From Alphaproteobacteria bacterium (GTDB lineage Bacteria; Pseudomonadota; Alphaproteobacteria; MPNO01; UBA830): DNA of 64,000 bases. The notes under the pieces were generated by a model, which saw only the letters and a list, made by a program, of their open reading frames with translations, did not search any database and was not told where the DNA came from. Positions 42,455-53,060 of this stretch are shown piece after piece. The stretch lies in contig OZ251539.1 of NCBI GenBank assembly GCA_965243135.1, forward strand, positions 3,232,001-3,296,000, given 5' to 3'. Both the position numbers and the translations under genes were made by a program. Every line of letters starts with the position of its first letter. The stretch's first letter is position 1.

Positions 42455-43327
42455 ATGTTCGAATTCGGCGACGTCACGGTCGCTCCGATCGTCGAAATGG
42501 AACTGCCGCTGCTCGAAGCCGCGGCGTTCTTCCCCGATTGGAACGAGGACGCGATCGAACCGCACCGCGAGTGGATGGTTCCGCGCCACTACGACCCGGC
42601 AAGCGGCAAGGTCGTGATCAATATCCAGTCCTTCCTGGTCCGCACGCCTCGCCATACGATCCTGGTCGACACCTGCGTCGGCAACCGCAAGCGGCGCAAC
42701 CGGGAGTTTTTCGACGACGCGGCGTTCCCCTGGATGGACCGTTTCCTCGCGGCCGGCGCGACGCCCGAGGAAATCGATTTCGTCCTGTGCACCCACATGC
42801 ACGTCGATCACGTCGGCTGGAACACCAGGCTCGAGAACGGGCGCTGGGTTCCGACGTTTCCCAACGCGAAATACATCTTCGCGCGATCCGAACTCGACTT
42901 CTGGCTGCGGCAGTCGGAACGGAACCTGATGACGCGCACCGGCGATTACGTGGCCGACAGCGTGATCCCGATACTCGACGCAAGGCGCGAACTGCTGGTC
43001 GAAACGGATCACCAGATCGACGACGGGCTTACGCTGGAACCGTTGCCCGGCCACACGCCGGGAATGGTGGGACTTCGCATCTCTTCCGGTGGACGCGAAG
43101 CGGTCCTCTGCGGCGATCTCATGCATCATATGATCCAGTGCCATATTCCCGGCTGGAGCACCATCGCCTGCGCCGACCGCGAAGCGGCCCGGGCCACCCG
43201 GGAAGCGTTCCTCGACCGCTACGCCGAAACGGACGTCACCGTCGTCCCGTCCCACTTCCCGACCCCGACGGCGGGCGCGATCGTTCCTTGCGGGGGAGCC
43301 TTCGCTTTCCGCTACCTGGGCGAATGA
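42455..43327 (+). CDS. MBL-fold metallo-hydrolase
   Basis: 'THMHVDHVGWN', 'PGHTPG', 'GDLMH', 'SHF'. Confidence 0.92.
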   Translation: MFEFGDVTVAPIVEMELPLLEAAAFFPDWNEDAIEPHREWMVPRHYDPASGKVVINIQSFLVRTPRHTILVDTCVGNRKRRNREFFDDAAFPWMDRFLAAGATPEEIDFVLCTHMHVDHVGWNTRLENGRWVPTFPNAKYIFARSELDFWLRQSERNLMTRTGDYVADSVIPILDARRELLVETDHQIDDGLTLEPLPGHTPGMVGLRISSGGREAVLCGDLMHHMIQCHIPGWSTIACADREAARATREAFLDRYAETDVTVVPSHFPTPTAGAIVPCGGAFAFRYLGE

Positions 43328-43451
43328 ACGCGGACGCCGGCCCGTCCGCCGGAACGAGGGCAGCGGGCGCGACGGCCGCTTCGCAAACGGCGCGGCGGTC
43401 CGCTCCGAAACGATCCCCGGAGCGGCTTCGAAAAGACGTTCCGCGCCGAAT

Positions 43452-45116
43452 TCAGAACAGTCCCTCGATCCTTCCCCCCGCGCCGAGCCTGATGGCGGCG
43501 GCGGCGGGAACCCGCGGCAGTCCGGGCATCGTCATGATGTCGCCGCAGATCGCCACCACGAATTCCGCGCCGGCCGAAAGCCGGACCTCGCGCACCGGAA
43601 CGACGTGATCGACCGGCGCGCCCTTGAGTTCCGGATCGACCGAGAAGCTGTACTGGGTCTTGGCCATGCACACCGGCAGGTTCCGGTAACCCTCCTCCTC
43701 CCAGCGCCGAAGCTGGTCGAGAACCCGCCTGTCCGCAGTCGCTTCGGCGCCGCGATAAATCTCGCGGACGACCGTGCCGATCTTGTCGAACAGGCCCATG
43801 TCGTCCGGATAGAGCGTCCTGAAATCCGCGTCGCCGCGCGCCACGACCGCGTCCACCTCTCGCGCCAGCGCCTCGATGCCCGCGGAACCGTCCGCCCAGT
43901 GGGTGCATTCCACCACCGGGACTTCGCCGCCGATCCCGGACGCCACGACCGCGACCTCGGCGTCGCTGTCGTCCGCGAAACGGTTGACGGCCACGACCGG
44001 AGGCACTCCGAAACGCGCGACGTTCTCGACGTGCCGGCGAAGATTGGGGAGGCCCTTCGCGACCGCCCCCGCGTTCTCCGTCCCCAGATCCCGGCGCGCG
44101 ACCCCGCCGTGCATCTTGAGGGCGCGGACGGTGGCCACGATCACGGCGGCGTCGGGCCGAAGGTTCGCCTTGCGGCACTTGATGTCGAAGAACTTCTCGG
44201 CGCCGAGATCCGCCCCGAAGCCGGCCTCGGTCACCACGTAGTCCGCCAGGCGAAGCGCCGCTTCCGTCGCGATCACCGAATTGCACCCGTGCGCAATGTT
44301 GGCGAACGGGCCGCCGTGGACGAAGGCGGGGTTGTTCTCCAGCGTCTGCACCAGATTGGGCATCAACGCGTCTTTCAACAGAACGGCCATCGCGCCGTCG
44401 GCCTGCAGGCGGCCGGCGGTCACCGGGGCGCGGTCGCGAGTCTGGCCGACGACGACGTTCGCGAGGCGGCGCTCCAGATCCGGGAGCGACAGCGCGAGGC
44501 AAAAGATCGCCATCACTTCGGAAGCGACGGTGATGTCGAAGCCGCTTTCGCGGGCGAAGCCGTTGGCGACGCCGCCCAACCCGACGGCGACCTCGCGCAG
44601 CGCGCGATCGTTGATGTCCACGACCCGCCGCCAGGAAATCCGGCGCGAATCGAGTTCCGCCGCGTTGTCCCAATAGACATGGTTGTCGACCATCGCGGCG
44701 AGGAGATTATGCGCCGCGCCGATGGCGTGCATATCGCCGGTGAAATGGAGATTGATGTCCTCCATCGGCACCACTTGGGCGTACCCGCCGCCGGCCGCGC
44801 CGCCCTTCATGCCGAAGCACGGACCGAGGGAAGGCTCGCGGATGCAAACCGCCGCCTTCCTGCCGATGCGGTTCAACCCGTCGACCAGGCCCACCGTGGT
44901 CGTCGTCTTGCCTTCGCCGGCGGGGGTGGGCGTAATCGCCGTCACGAGAACCAGCTTGCCCCTTGGACGGTCGCGAAGTCCGTCGAGAAAGCCATGGTCG
45001 AGTTTGGCCTTGTCGACTCCATAAGCGCGAAGCGCATCGGCCGGTATTCCCATGCCGGCGCCGATCTCGCCGATCGGCAGGGTCTTCGCGGCGCGGGCGA
45101 TCTCGATATCGGTCAT
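43452..45116 (-). CDS. fhs: Formate--tetrahydrofolate ligase
   Basis: 'TPAGEGKTT', '[14 protein letters not shown]', '[12 protein letters not shown]', '[13 protein letters not shown]'. Confidence 0.98.
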   Translation of the reverse strand: MTDIEIARAAKTLPIGEIGAGMGIPADALRAYGVDKAKLDHGFLDGLRDRPRGKLVLVTAITPTPAGEGKTTTTVGLVDGLNRIGRKAAVCIREPSLGPCFGMKGGAAGGGYAQVVPMEDINLHFTGDMHAIGAAHNLLAAMVDNHVYWDNAAELDSRRISWRRVVDINDRALREVAVGLGGVANGFARESGFDITVASEVMAIFCLALSLPDLERRLANVVVGQTRDRAPVTAGRLQADGAMAVLLKDALMPNLVQTLENNPAFVHGGPFANIAHGCNSVIATEAALRLADYVVTEAGFGADLGAEKFFDIKCRKANLRPDAAVIVATVRALKMHGGVARRDLGTENAGAVAKGLPNLRRHVENVARFGVPPVVAVNRFADDSDAEVAVVASGIGGEVPVVECTHWADGSAGIEALAREVDAVVARGDADFRTLYPDDMGLFDKIGTVVREIYRGAEATADRRVLDQLRRWEEEGYRNLPVCMAKTQYSFSVDPELKGAPVDHVVPVREVRLSAGAEFVVAICGDIMTMPGLPRVPAAAAIRLGAGGRIEGLF

Positions 45117-45263
45117 GAGCCTCTCCGACAGCGGCGGGAGAACGTAATCGCCGCCGAAGCAAATCACAAACGGCGGCGCGTTTGCGAGCAGGAAAACCGA
45201 GCGTATGACACGCGGACGGGCAGGCTATAGGTTTACCCGTCGTTTCAAAGGTCGGCGGTCGCC

Positions 45264-47411
45264 ATGCGGACCCGAATCCTTCTTCTGATTTTGGTTCTCG
45301 CCGGCGCGGCGGCGGGGCCGCCGCTCCATGCCCAGAGCGCCGCCGCGCCGCCGGCCCAGGAGGAAGCCGCCGGGCCGAGCCAGGCCGAGTTGACGGACCT
45401 CGTGGCGGACATCGAGGATCCGGAAGCCCGCGCGAAGTTGCTGACCCGCCTCAAGATCCTCCTTGCGGCGACCGACGGGACCGCAAAACCGGAGGCGGCC
45501 GGGGAAAGCGGAATCGCCAAAGCGCTGTCGGAGCGAATCGACCGCCTCAGCGAGGAACTGGTCGCCGGCGCCGCGCTGTTGCTCGATCCTCCGCGCGTCG
45601 CCGCATGGATTCGCGATCAGGCGGAACGCAAGGAATCGAGGAACCTCTGGCTGAACGTTCTGTGGATGTCGGCGGTCGTTCTGGCTGCCGGGCTGATCGC
45701 CGAACTCGGCGCGCGCCGCCTCCTGTCCCGCACGCGCGAAAGATTGCTGCCGCGGCACGTCGCAGCCCGGACGTCGCTCGACCTCGTTTCCATCGCCTCC
45801 TTCGCCGTCGCCGCTTACGCCGCGCTTTTCCTGCTCGGAGCCGGGGAGGCGACCCGCGCGGTCGCGGCGCCCTTGGTGGCCGCCAGCGTCGTCGCCCGAG
45901 CCGCCGCGGTTCTCGCCACGACGTTTTTCGCGCCGGGCGCGCCGCACATGCGCGCAACGAAACTCGACGACGAAACCGCGAACTATCTGGCGCTTTGGAT
46001 CCGCCGCTTCGCCAATGTCGGCGCCTACGGCTACTTTCTGGTCGAGTCGACGAGGCTGCTGGGGCTTCCGCACGGCGGTCAGTTCCTGCTCGGAAGGGCG
46101 GTCGGCCTGCTTCTGGCGTCGCTGGCGATCATCTTCGTCCTGCAGAACCGCCGGAGCGTCGCAGCGCGGATTCGCGGAGACGGCGGGAGCCTCGGCGCCC
46201 TTCGCCGCCGTTTCGCCGCCGTCTGGCACCTGTTCGCGGCGGGGTATTTCGGGGCCGTCTACGTCGTCTGGGCGCTGGAGACCGGGTTCGAATTCGTCTT
46301 CCGCGCCACCGTGATCAGCGCCGCGATCGTCGCGGCGGCCAAGGTCCTGACGTCGGGCTCCCGCATCGCCCTCGACAGGGGTTTCGGATTGCGGCCGGAA
46401 CTCGTCCGGCGGCATCCGGGGCTCGTCGAACGGGCGAACCGGTATTTTTCGGCGCTGCATCACGCGGTTTCCTGGACGATCGCGGCCGCGGCGGCCCTCG
46501 CGATCCTGCGGGCCTGGGGCGTCGACTCCTTCGGCTGGATCGACAGCGAGACGGCGCGCCGGGCGATCGGCAGCCTGGTCACGAGCGCGATCGTGGTCGT
46601 CGTCGCGGTGGCGCTGTGGGAAGTCGCGAGCTCCGCCATCGAGCGCTATCTGGAGTCGGCCGCGAACGGCGACCCCGGGCGCCGCGCGCGCACCCTCCTG
46701 CCCTTGCTTCGCCGGGTCCTGATGATCGTCACCGCCACCGTGATCGGACTCGTGCTTCTTTCGGAAATCGGCGTGGACATCGGGCCGCTGCTGGCCGGAG
46801 CGGGCGTCGTCGGCCTCGCGGTCGGGTTCGGCGCGCAGACGCTGGTGAAGGACGTGATCACCGGCGTCTTCATCCTCGCGGAGAACCAGTTCGGGGTCGA
46901 CGACGTCGTGCGCGTCGGCGACAGGTCGGGGGTGGTCGAGGACATCTCCATCCGCACCATCCGTCTCCGCGACCTGAGGGGCAACGTTCACATCATTCCG
47001 TTCAGTTCGGTTTCGACCGTGGAGAACATGACCAGCGAGTTCTCCCGCTACCTGTTCGACATCGGCGTCGCCTACCGCGAAGACGTGGACGAAGTGATCG
47101 AGGTCCTCGAAGCGCTCGGCGAGGAGATGCGGGCCGATGCCGTCTACGGCGGCTGGATCCACGAGCCCTTGGAGATCATGGGGCTGAACGAGCTCGGCGA
47201 TTCCGCGGTGGTCGTCCGCTCGCGCTTCACCACCGATCCCGGCAGGCAGTGGCAGGTCGGCCGCGAGTTCAATCGCCGGATCAAGCGCCGCTTCGACGAG
47301 CTCGGCATCGAAATCCCGTTCCCGCACCGGACGGTTTATTTCGGGGAAGGGAAGGAAGGCGGCGCGCCGCCGGCCTTCGTGCGCGAAGAGCGGGAAGCGG
47401 GCGCGGAATAG
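45264..47411 (+). CDS. MscS-family mechanosensitive channel (YbiO-like)
   Basis: Signal peptide, many TMs, 'LLAGAGVVGLAVGFGAQTLVKD', 'GIEIPFP'. Confidence 0.92.
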   Translation: MRTRILLLILVLAGAAAGPPLHAQSAAAPPAQEEAAGPSQAELTDLVADIEDPEARAKLLTRLKILLAATDGTAKPEAAGESGIAKALSERIDRLSEELVAGAALLLDPPRVAAWIRDQAERKESRNLWLNVLWMSAVVLAAGLIAELGARRLLSRTRERLLPRHVAARTSLDLVSIASFAVAAYAALFLLGAGEATRAVAAPLVAASVVARAAAVLATTFFAPGAPHMRATKLDDETANYLALWIRRFANVGAYGYFLVESTRLLGLPHGGQFLLGRAVGLLLASLAIIFVLQNRRSVAARIRGDGGSLGALRRRFAAVWHLFAAGYFGAVYVVWALETGFEFVFRATVISAAIVAAAKVLTSGSRIALDRGFGLRPELVRRHPGLVERANRYFSALHHAVSWTIAAAAALAILRAWGVDSFGWIDSETARRAIGSLVTSAIVVVVAVALWEVASSAIERYLESAANGDPGRRARTLLPLLRRVLMIVTATVIGLVLLSEIGVDIGPLLAGAGVVGLAVGFGAQTLVKDVITGVFILAENQFGVDDVVRVGDRSGVVEDISIRTIRLRDLRGNVHIIPFSSVSTVENMTSEFSRYLFDIGVAYREDVDEVIEVLEALGEEMRADAVYGGWIHEPLEIMGLNELGDSAVVVRSRFTTDPGRQWQVGREFNRRIKRRFDELGIEIPFPHRTVYFGEGKEGGAPPAFVREEREAGAE

Positions 47412-47490
47412 CGTCGGCGCGGAACCGCGCATCGCGCGAGGACCAGGGGGTCATGGCCGAAATCGAGACCCGAACGACCTTGCCTGCCCC

Positions 47491-47956
47491 TTACGAGCGC
47501 AAAGCGCTCCGAACTCGCTGCAACCGACACGGCCTGCAGCGTTCGGACCGCGCCGACGAATCTCGTTCCGGCGGGCACCTTCTCGGATAAGCATCGCGCA
47601 CTGCATCCCAGTCGCCAAAGTACCAAGCCTCTAGCTCTTCGATCACGAAACGCTATCTGCCACGAGTTATCGGCAACCTGGGTCCGAGTACGCAGATTCG
47701 ACGCCGCCGCCTCAAGCTGTCTTTTTAAATCGTGGCAATCATCATTGTCGCGATCGACCATCACGACTATACGCCAATCAGACGGAAGCCAACTCGCGGA
47801 TAACCTTTCACCCAGATTCCGCAACAATCTAGATTTGCCGCGAGATGCATGGACCTTGAACGTGCAACCACTCGGAAGAAGACGTGGAAGCAGGCCTCGC
47901 AAAAAACTCCATCGAGGATTCCTCGACAAAAAATTTCAAGTCCCGTGCCTTATCAA
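47491..47956 (-). pseudogene. DUF4276-like (Toprim-type) ATPase partner, two frameshifts
   Basis: 'FFVEESSME' / shift / 'LRGLLPRLLP...GK..LL..L..RL...WRIVVMVDRDNDDCHDLK' / shift / 'VIEELEAWYFGDW'. Confidence 0.8.
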
Positions 47957-47962
47957 TTAAGT

Positions 47963-49189
47963 TTATTCTCCAAAATACGCTGGGTCGCCATTCCGAAAAA
48001 GGGGATCTCCCAATCCAAAATATCCCTCCATCCACAAATCTCCAAGAATGGCGCCATTTTTGATTAATGCCTCTATGTTGCTCAAATCCGCCACGGGCTG
48101 CGTACGCGTATAGCCCGCTTCGTCACGCCATAGAACTCGAACCTCCTCCGCCCGAAGCGCATCCACGAATAACGGCGAATGCGTGGTGATAAGAAGCTGC
48201 GTATGCTCGCAGGCGGCGCGGCATTCCTCGGCCAATTCAAAAAGGAGACGAGGATGCAGAAAATTTTCAGGTTCTTCAATACCTATAAACGGCGGCGGAT
48301 CCAGATCGTACAACAGCACGAACAAAGTAAGCATCTTTAATGTGCCATCAGAGGCAAACCGTGCTAAAACAGGATTTCCAAATGGAGCATCCTTGATTTT
48401 CAACGACAATCGGCCGTCCGACATCGTCTCGGTCAATACCCTTTCTATGCGCGGCACGCGTCTTCGGAGCGTTTCGATTATCTTCTCGAGTCGCGTCGAG
48501 TGCCGCTCGCTCAGGCATTGTATGACATTGGCGAGGTTGTCTCCGGTGGCGCTAAGCCGCTCTTGCGGATCCGTTCCCTGTTGCCCTCGGACGTTGTCCG
48601 CAGAAAGACGTGAGACATGGCATCCCATGACGAAGTCACGCAGCGCCGCTACCCGCGGATGTTCCTGCAACTGGCCAAGTACATTGGCAGCCAGAAGATC
48701 GGGCGACTTAAGGAGAATTGTCCGACGTTCGTCTTCGACGCGTGGCTCGTCGCCGCCGGTCGATTCGCCTTCGCCGCCGCTGAAACGGAGGAAACGAAAT
48801 GGGCCGCCCCGACGGCCAAGCCTCCACGCCAACCATTCATGCGCGACTGTCGGAGAGCCGCCATCCTCGTCGATTTCCAAATGATACGTGATCAATCTTT
48901 CCCCAGGCCGCTCGCGGTATTTCATTTCGATGACGATCGGTCCTTGGGAGTCGCGGGTCCTTAACTCTTTGGCGCGGCCGCGGCGATTCCATGCGCTGTG
49001 CAGGCCGAATTGAAAGCACTCCGCGAGGAACGCAAAGACGTCGAACACCGTGGATTTACCGCTGCCGTTCGGGCCGATAAGCACCGTCATCGGGGTTAGA
49101 TCGCGAAATTCAACTTCCCGAAGCGCTCGGAAATTTCGGACCTTCAGACACTCCACTCGAGGAATTTTTTGACACGCCGATTCGCGCAT
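47963..49189 (-). CDS. AAA_21-like ABC ATPase
   Basis: 'VRNFRAL', Walker A 'GPNGSGKS', 'ASDGTL', '[10 protein letters not shown]', 'ITTHSP'; alternative TTG start at 49204. Confidence 0.92.
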   Translation of the reverse strand: MRESACQKIPRVECLKVRNFRALREVEFRDLTPMTVLIGPNGSGKSTVFDVFAFLAECFQFGLHSAWNRRGRAKELRTRDSQGPIVIEMKYRERPGERLITYHLEIDEDGGSPTVAHEWLAWRLGRRGGPFRFLRFSGGEGESTGGDEPRVEDERRTILLKSPDLLAANVLGQLQEHPRVAALRDFVMGCHVSRLSADNVRGQQGTDPQERLSATGDNLANVIQCLSERHSTRLEKIIETLRRRVPRIERVLTETMSDGRLSLKIKDAPFGNPVLARFASDGTLKMLTLFVLLYDLDPPPFIGIEEPENFLHPRLLFELAEECRAACEHTQLLITTHSPLFVDALRAEEVRVLWRDEAGYTRTQPVADLSNIEALIKNGAILGDLWMEGYFGLGDPLFRNGDPAYFGE

Positions 49190-49423
49190 GTCGATTTCTC
49201 CCAAGTGAAACTACAACTTATGGACCAAGGAAAAAAGTAATGATTTGCGGAAACGAATTGTCATCATATCTACCAATTCAACTCCGTAAATCACGCATAT
49301 CTACTTTCGTCGCTTGATTACGTTCGCCACCTTTCCTTCAAAAACTCTCGCAACAATTCTCCTGCCTCCTTCATGCGAGCGCATGCGGAATCGGCAATCC
49401 GCGCCGCCCGCCCGAACAAGCGC

Positions 49424-49441
49424 GTTTCATACGCTCTTCTT
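49424..49441. repeat. 18-bp dispersed repeat GTTTCATACGCTCTTCTT, copy 2
   Basis: Exact match to 12458-12475. Confidence 0.8.
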
Positions 49442-49533
49442 TCGTCCATAGACGCCGGACGTGGATACAGGCAACGAGCGATCGCCGCAACCTCGTCGAA
49501 AAACCGCCTCGGCAAGCCGACGATTCGTCGGCC

Positions 49534-49905
49534 TCACTCCGCCGCATCGAGAATGTGCTGCGGCGTCGACGAAACCACCTCCGCGTATTTCGGGGAAAAG
49601 GCCCCCTTGTCGAGGTCTTCGATGTACCGCACGAACTCCGGCGCCATCGCCTGAACTTCCTTCAGGATGCGGCGATGCTCTTCCACGTCGGCCCATTCCG
49701 CGATGAGATAGAAGTGATCCGGATCGTCGACGTCCTGCAGCATGACGCCGTCCTTCACCTGCGCCGGCGACTTGTGCATCGGATTCTCGTCCGAATAGTC
49801 GAACTCCTCGAATTTCCTCAGAAACTCGGGGCCGGCGCCCGGCTTCACCCGGAAATCGTAGATGTGGAAGTAGTTCCCCTTGTTCGCAAGCGGTTCCTGC
49901 GCCAT
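49534..49905 (-). CDS. ABM/dimeric alpha-beta barrel protein
   Basis: RBS AGGAGGAGG; 'YDFRVKPG.G.EF...LQDVDDPDHFYLIAEW...EEH' ABM-like pattern. Confidence 0.8.
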   Translation of the reverse strand: MAQEPLANKGNYFHIYDFRVKPGAGPEFLRKFEEFDYSDENPMHKSPAQVKDGVMLQDVDDPDHFYLIAEWADVEEHRRILKEVQAMAPEFVRYIEDLDKGAFSPKYAEVVSSTPQHILDAAE

Positions 49906-49931
49906 GTCCTCCTCCTGTTCCCTGCGCCCGG

Positions 49932-50414
49932 TCAAACCGGAAAAACCAGGCAGTTGTCGATCGTAACGCTGTCGTAGACGCACGTGCGCCGCTTCAGCAG
50001 CAGCGACTCCTCCGTTCTCTCGAACACGTCCCGGTACTTGCCCACCTGCTGCACCCGCGTCGGCTCCTCGACCAGCGTCTCGAAGAGCTGATAGTTGGCT
50101 TCCGCGCCGATCAGCGGCCCGTCGACGGAAAGAACGCGGGTGTTGGTCACCGAAAGCTGCAGGTAGCGCGGCGCGAACATCTCGGTGTTGAGGATCGCGT
50201 AGGCGCGATCTTTCAGCATCGCCTTCCCCTCGCAATAGATCAGTCCGAGCGGCAGGCCGGCCTCCTCGTTGTCTCGCGCGAGCACATGGTAGACGGCGTC
50301 GTCGGTGAAGAACCCGACCCAGCGGTCGAGGTCGAAGCGGTCGAGCGCCGCCGCGTAGTCCGCGTGAAATTCCTCGATCTCGAATCGGAGTTCGCGCCGT
50401 CCGTCCGCCGTCAA
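49932..50414 (-). CDS. Aromatic ring-hydroxylating oxygenase beta subunit (NagH/AndAd-like)
   Basis: TTG start overlapping the alpha stop; 'YAAALD..DLDRW..FFTDDA.Y....RDN...LP...IYCE...ML.DR', ends 'LVFPV'. Confidence 0.88.
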   Translation of the reverse strand: MTADGRRELRFEIEEFHADYAAALDRFDLDRWVGFFTDDAVYHVLARDNEEAGLPLGLIYCEGKAMLKDRAYAILNTEMFAPRYLQLSVTNTRVLSVDGPLIGAEANYQLFETLVEEPTRVQQVGKYRDVFERTEESLLLKRRTCVYDSVTIDNCLVFPV

Positions 50415-51658
50415 AGCTCCATCGCCTCCCGGTAGTACCGGTACATGCCGCGAATGGCGCGCTCCGTGATCATGGTGTCGAAGGGCTCGTCGTCCTCGCC
50501 CAGCATCGCGAGTCCCGCCGACGGCCGGGATCTCCGCACGCCTTCCTGCAGGAAAGCGAGCGCCTCGTTGTCCTCGATTCCGAGAAACCCGGCCGGCCCG
50601 AAGATGTTGTTCTGACGGAGCCGGTGTCGGATCATCTCGTCGTCGTCCTCCGCGCGTCCGAACACGGTCCAGATCATCATGAATTCGTTGGGACCGCGGG
50701 GCACCAGCAGCCGCGTGTTCAGAATGTTGGTCTGGCGCAACGCCGTGAGCGTCGGAAAGATCGTGAGAACGGACGCCGACCATCCGGAGTCGAACTCGCG
50801 CACGAAATCGAGAACCCGGGGATCGTTCAGTTCCATCTTCTCCTTGAACGCCAGCATGTCCCGGCGCTCCTCGCCCGATACGTCGGGCCGTCCCTCGGGC
50901 CGCCGCGTCAGCAGGCCGCCGTGGCGCCCCCGCGGATCCACGGGAATGCTGGTCTCGTTGCCGGTGACGAACAGGCCGAAGGTCGTGAGATAGGTGTGCA
51001 GCAACGTCGCGTGGTAGGGATCCTTGAGGTTTTCCTGATACAGCTTCCAGTTGCTGCGGACCAGGTTGCGATGAACGCCGAGGAGCTTCATTTCTCCGCC
51101 ATCGAACGTGGCGTCGAACTCGGTCAGGATGTCGGCCCCGAGATAATCCTCCAAGGGTTCGACGCCGTCGCTCGCGGTCGCGAATATCACGCCGCCGCGG
51201 CGCGTTACCACGTATCTGCGCAAGCCGTGCGCGGACATGTCGAAATCCTCCGGCGCGCCGCCCCTGCCCTTCACGCCGCGGCGAAACGGGATCGCCGCCA
51301 GATCGCCTCTGAGCGTGTACGTCCAGTTGTGATAGGGGCAGATGAAGCGCTCCGCGTTGCCGCGATAGGCGCGGCAGAACTCGACGCCGCGGTGGGCGCA
51401 GCGGTTCTCGAAAACGTTTATCTCGCCGTCTTCGTCCCGCGCGACGACCACCGGGTAGGGTCCGACGTAGGAGCGGAAATAGTCCCCTGGATTCGGCGCT
51501 TCGCAGTCGAGCCCGACGTAGTTCCAGTGGGGACCGAGAAAAATCCGTTCCTTTTCGCGCTCGTAGATCTCCGGATCGGTGTAGATCCAGTCCGGTATCC
51601 GGTTCCCGTCGCCCGGCCAGACCGGGCGCGCGCCTCCGCGCGTGACGACGCCGTCCAT
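50411..51658 (-). CDS. Rieske ring-hydroxylating oxygenase alpha subunit (salicylate-5-hydroxylase/anthranilate dioxygenase-like)
   Basis: Rieske 'CAHRG...CPYH'; mononuclear Fe site 'ENLKDPYHATLLH...ED'. Confidence 0.93.
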   Translation of the reverse strand: MDGVVTRGGARPVWPGDGNRIPDWIYTDPEIYEREKERIFLGPHWNYVGLDCEAPNPGDYFRSYVGPYPVVVARDEDGEINVFENRCAHRGVEFCRAYRGNAERFICPYHNWTYTLRGDLAAIPFRRGVKGRGGAPEDFDMSAHGLRRYVVTRRGGVIFATASDGVEPLEDYLGADILTEFDATFDGGEMKLLGVHRNLVRSNWKLYQENLKDPYHATLLHTYLTTFGLFVTGNETSIPVDPRGRHGGLLTRRPEGRPDVSGEERRDMLAFKEKMELNDPRVLDFVREFDSGWSASVLTIFPTLTALRQTNILNTRLLVPRGPNEFMMIWTVFGRAEDDDEMIRHRLRQNNIFGPAGFLGIEDNEALAFLQEGVRRSRPSAGLAMLGEDDEPFDTMITERAIRGMYRYYREAMEL

Positions 51659-51823
51659 CGATCCTCCGCAAGTTTCCTCGCCTTCCGCGCCGACGGGAGC
51701 ATATCACAATCGCCGGACGCTTCCCGGACGAGGCGCCGGGCGGGCGGCGGCTGTCGCGCCGCGAATTGATCGCGGAAACCGTTTCCGTCATAAACGCCGC
51801 AGCCAACCGACCGGACGGGGGAC

Positions 51824-52930
51824 ATGAAGCTCGGATTTTTCACGATGCCGGTGCACCGCATCGACCGCGACTACACGCAGGTGCTGCAGGAAGACCGGGA
51901 AGCGATCATACTCGCGGACCGTCTGGGATATTCGGAAGCCTATGTCGGCGAGCACGTTACGGACACCGCCGAGAGCATCACCAATTCGATGCTGTTCCAG
52001 GCGAGCCTGATTTCGGAAACGAAGCGGATCAAGCTGGGCACGGGCACCACCAACCTCTCCCATACCCATCCCGTGCTGGTCGCGGCGCAAGCCGCCATGC
52101 TCGATCACCTGCTCGAAGGACGTTTCCTCTTCGGCATCAGTCCCGGCGCCCTGGAATCGGACGCCGAGGCGCTCGGCATCCGCGGGATCGACCGGAACGC
52201 GATGTTCGCCGAAGCCATCGGCCATATCGTCGACATCTGGAAGGGCGAGCCGCCCTACGACCTCGAAGGAGAACGGTGGAAGATCACCACCCGCGAAACG
52301 ATTTACCCCGAAATCGGGCTCGGCGCGATCGCGAAGCCCTATCAGAAGCCGCACCCGCCCATCCTCGGCACCGTCGTGGCGCCGTTCTCGAAAGGGGTGA
52401 TCGAGATGGGCAAGAAGGGGTTTCTTCCGATCTCGGCCAACTTCCTGCTGGACAAATGGGTCAAGACCCATTGGACCAACTACGCGCAGGGCTGCCGGGA
52501 AGCGGGACGCGCCGCGCGAACGGAAGACTGGCGCGTCGCCCGTTCGATCTTCGTCAACGACGACCATGCGAAAGCCGTGGACTACGGCATGAAGAATCCG
52601 CGCAGCCCCTACCGGTTCTATTTCAGCCAGCTCTCCACCAAGCTCAAGCGGGGCAACCGCCACGCGGTCTTCAAGCCAGAGCGCGACTTTCCCGACGAAA
52701 AGCTCACCGTCGACTTCATCGTCGACAGCCTCGTCATCGCCGGCGACGTGAACAGCGTCGTCGACCAGATACTCGCTTTCCGGGAAGTGACCGGCGATTT
52801 CGGGACCCTGCTGTACGCCGGCAAGGACTGGGAGGACAAGGCGCTCGCCACCCGTTCCATGGAGTTGATGGCCGAGAAGGTCATGCCCGCCGTGAACGCC
52901 GCGATCCGGCAGCCGCAGGCAGCCGAATAG
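51824..52930 (+). CDS. LLM-class (luciferase-like) flavin-dependent monooxygenase
   Basis: 'ADRLGYSEAYVGEH', 'IKLGTG', 'LDHLLEGR..FGI.PG', 'SMELMAEKVMP'. Confidence 0.92.
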   Translation: MKLGFFTMPVHRIDRDYTQVLQEDREAIILADRLGYSEAYVGEHVTDTAESITNSMLFQASLISETKRIKLGTGTTNLSHTHPVLVAAQAAMLDHLLEGRFLFGISPGALESDAEALGIRGIDRNAMFAEAIGHIVDIWKGEPPYDLEGERWKITTRETIYPEIGLGAIAKPYQKPHPPILGTVVAPFSKGVIEMGKKGFLPISANFLLDKWVKTHWTNYAQGCREAGRAARTEDWRVARSIFVNDDHAKAVDYGMKNPRSPYRFYFSQLSTKLKRGNRHAVFKPERDFPDEKLTVDFIVDSLVIAGDVNSVVDQILAFREVTGDFGTLLYAGKDWEDKALATRSMELMAEKVMPAVNAAIRQPQAAE

Positions 52931-53060
52931 GCGCGGCCTCCTCCCGGCGCGGCGACGCCGGGCGGCGGCTTCGCCGACGAGCGGACGCGGGCGTGCCGAC
53001 GGGCGAAGCGGGCGCGCGTTTCCGGACGTCGCGCCTTGCCCCTCATCGAGAGGAATTGCG

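Noticed and set aside
49318-49515. 65-aa ORF upstream of the ATPase
   Set aside because: No RBS or motif; overlaps the 18-bp repeat; probably spurious or a gene tail.
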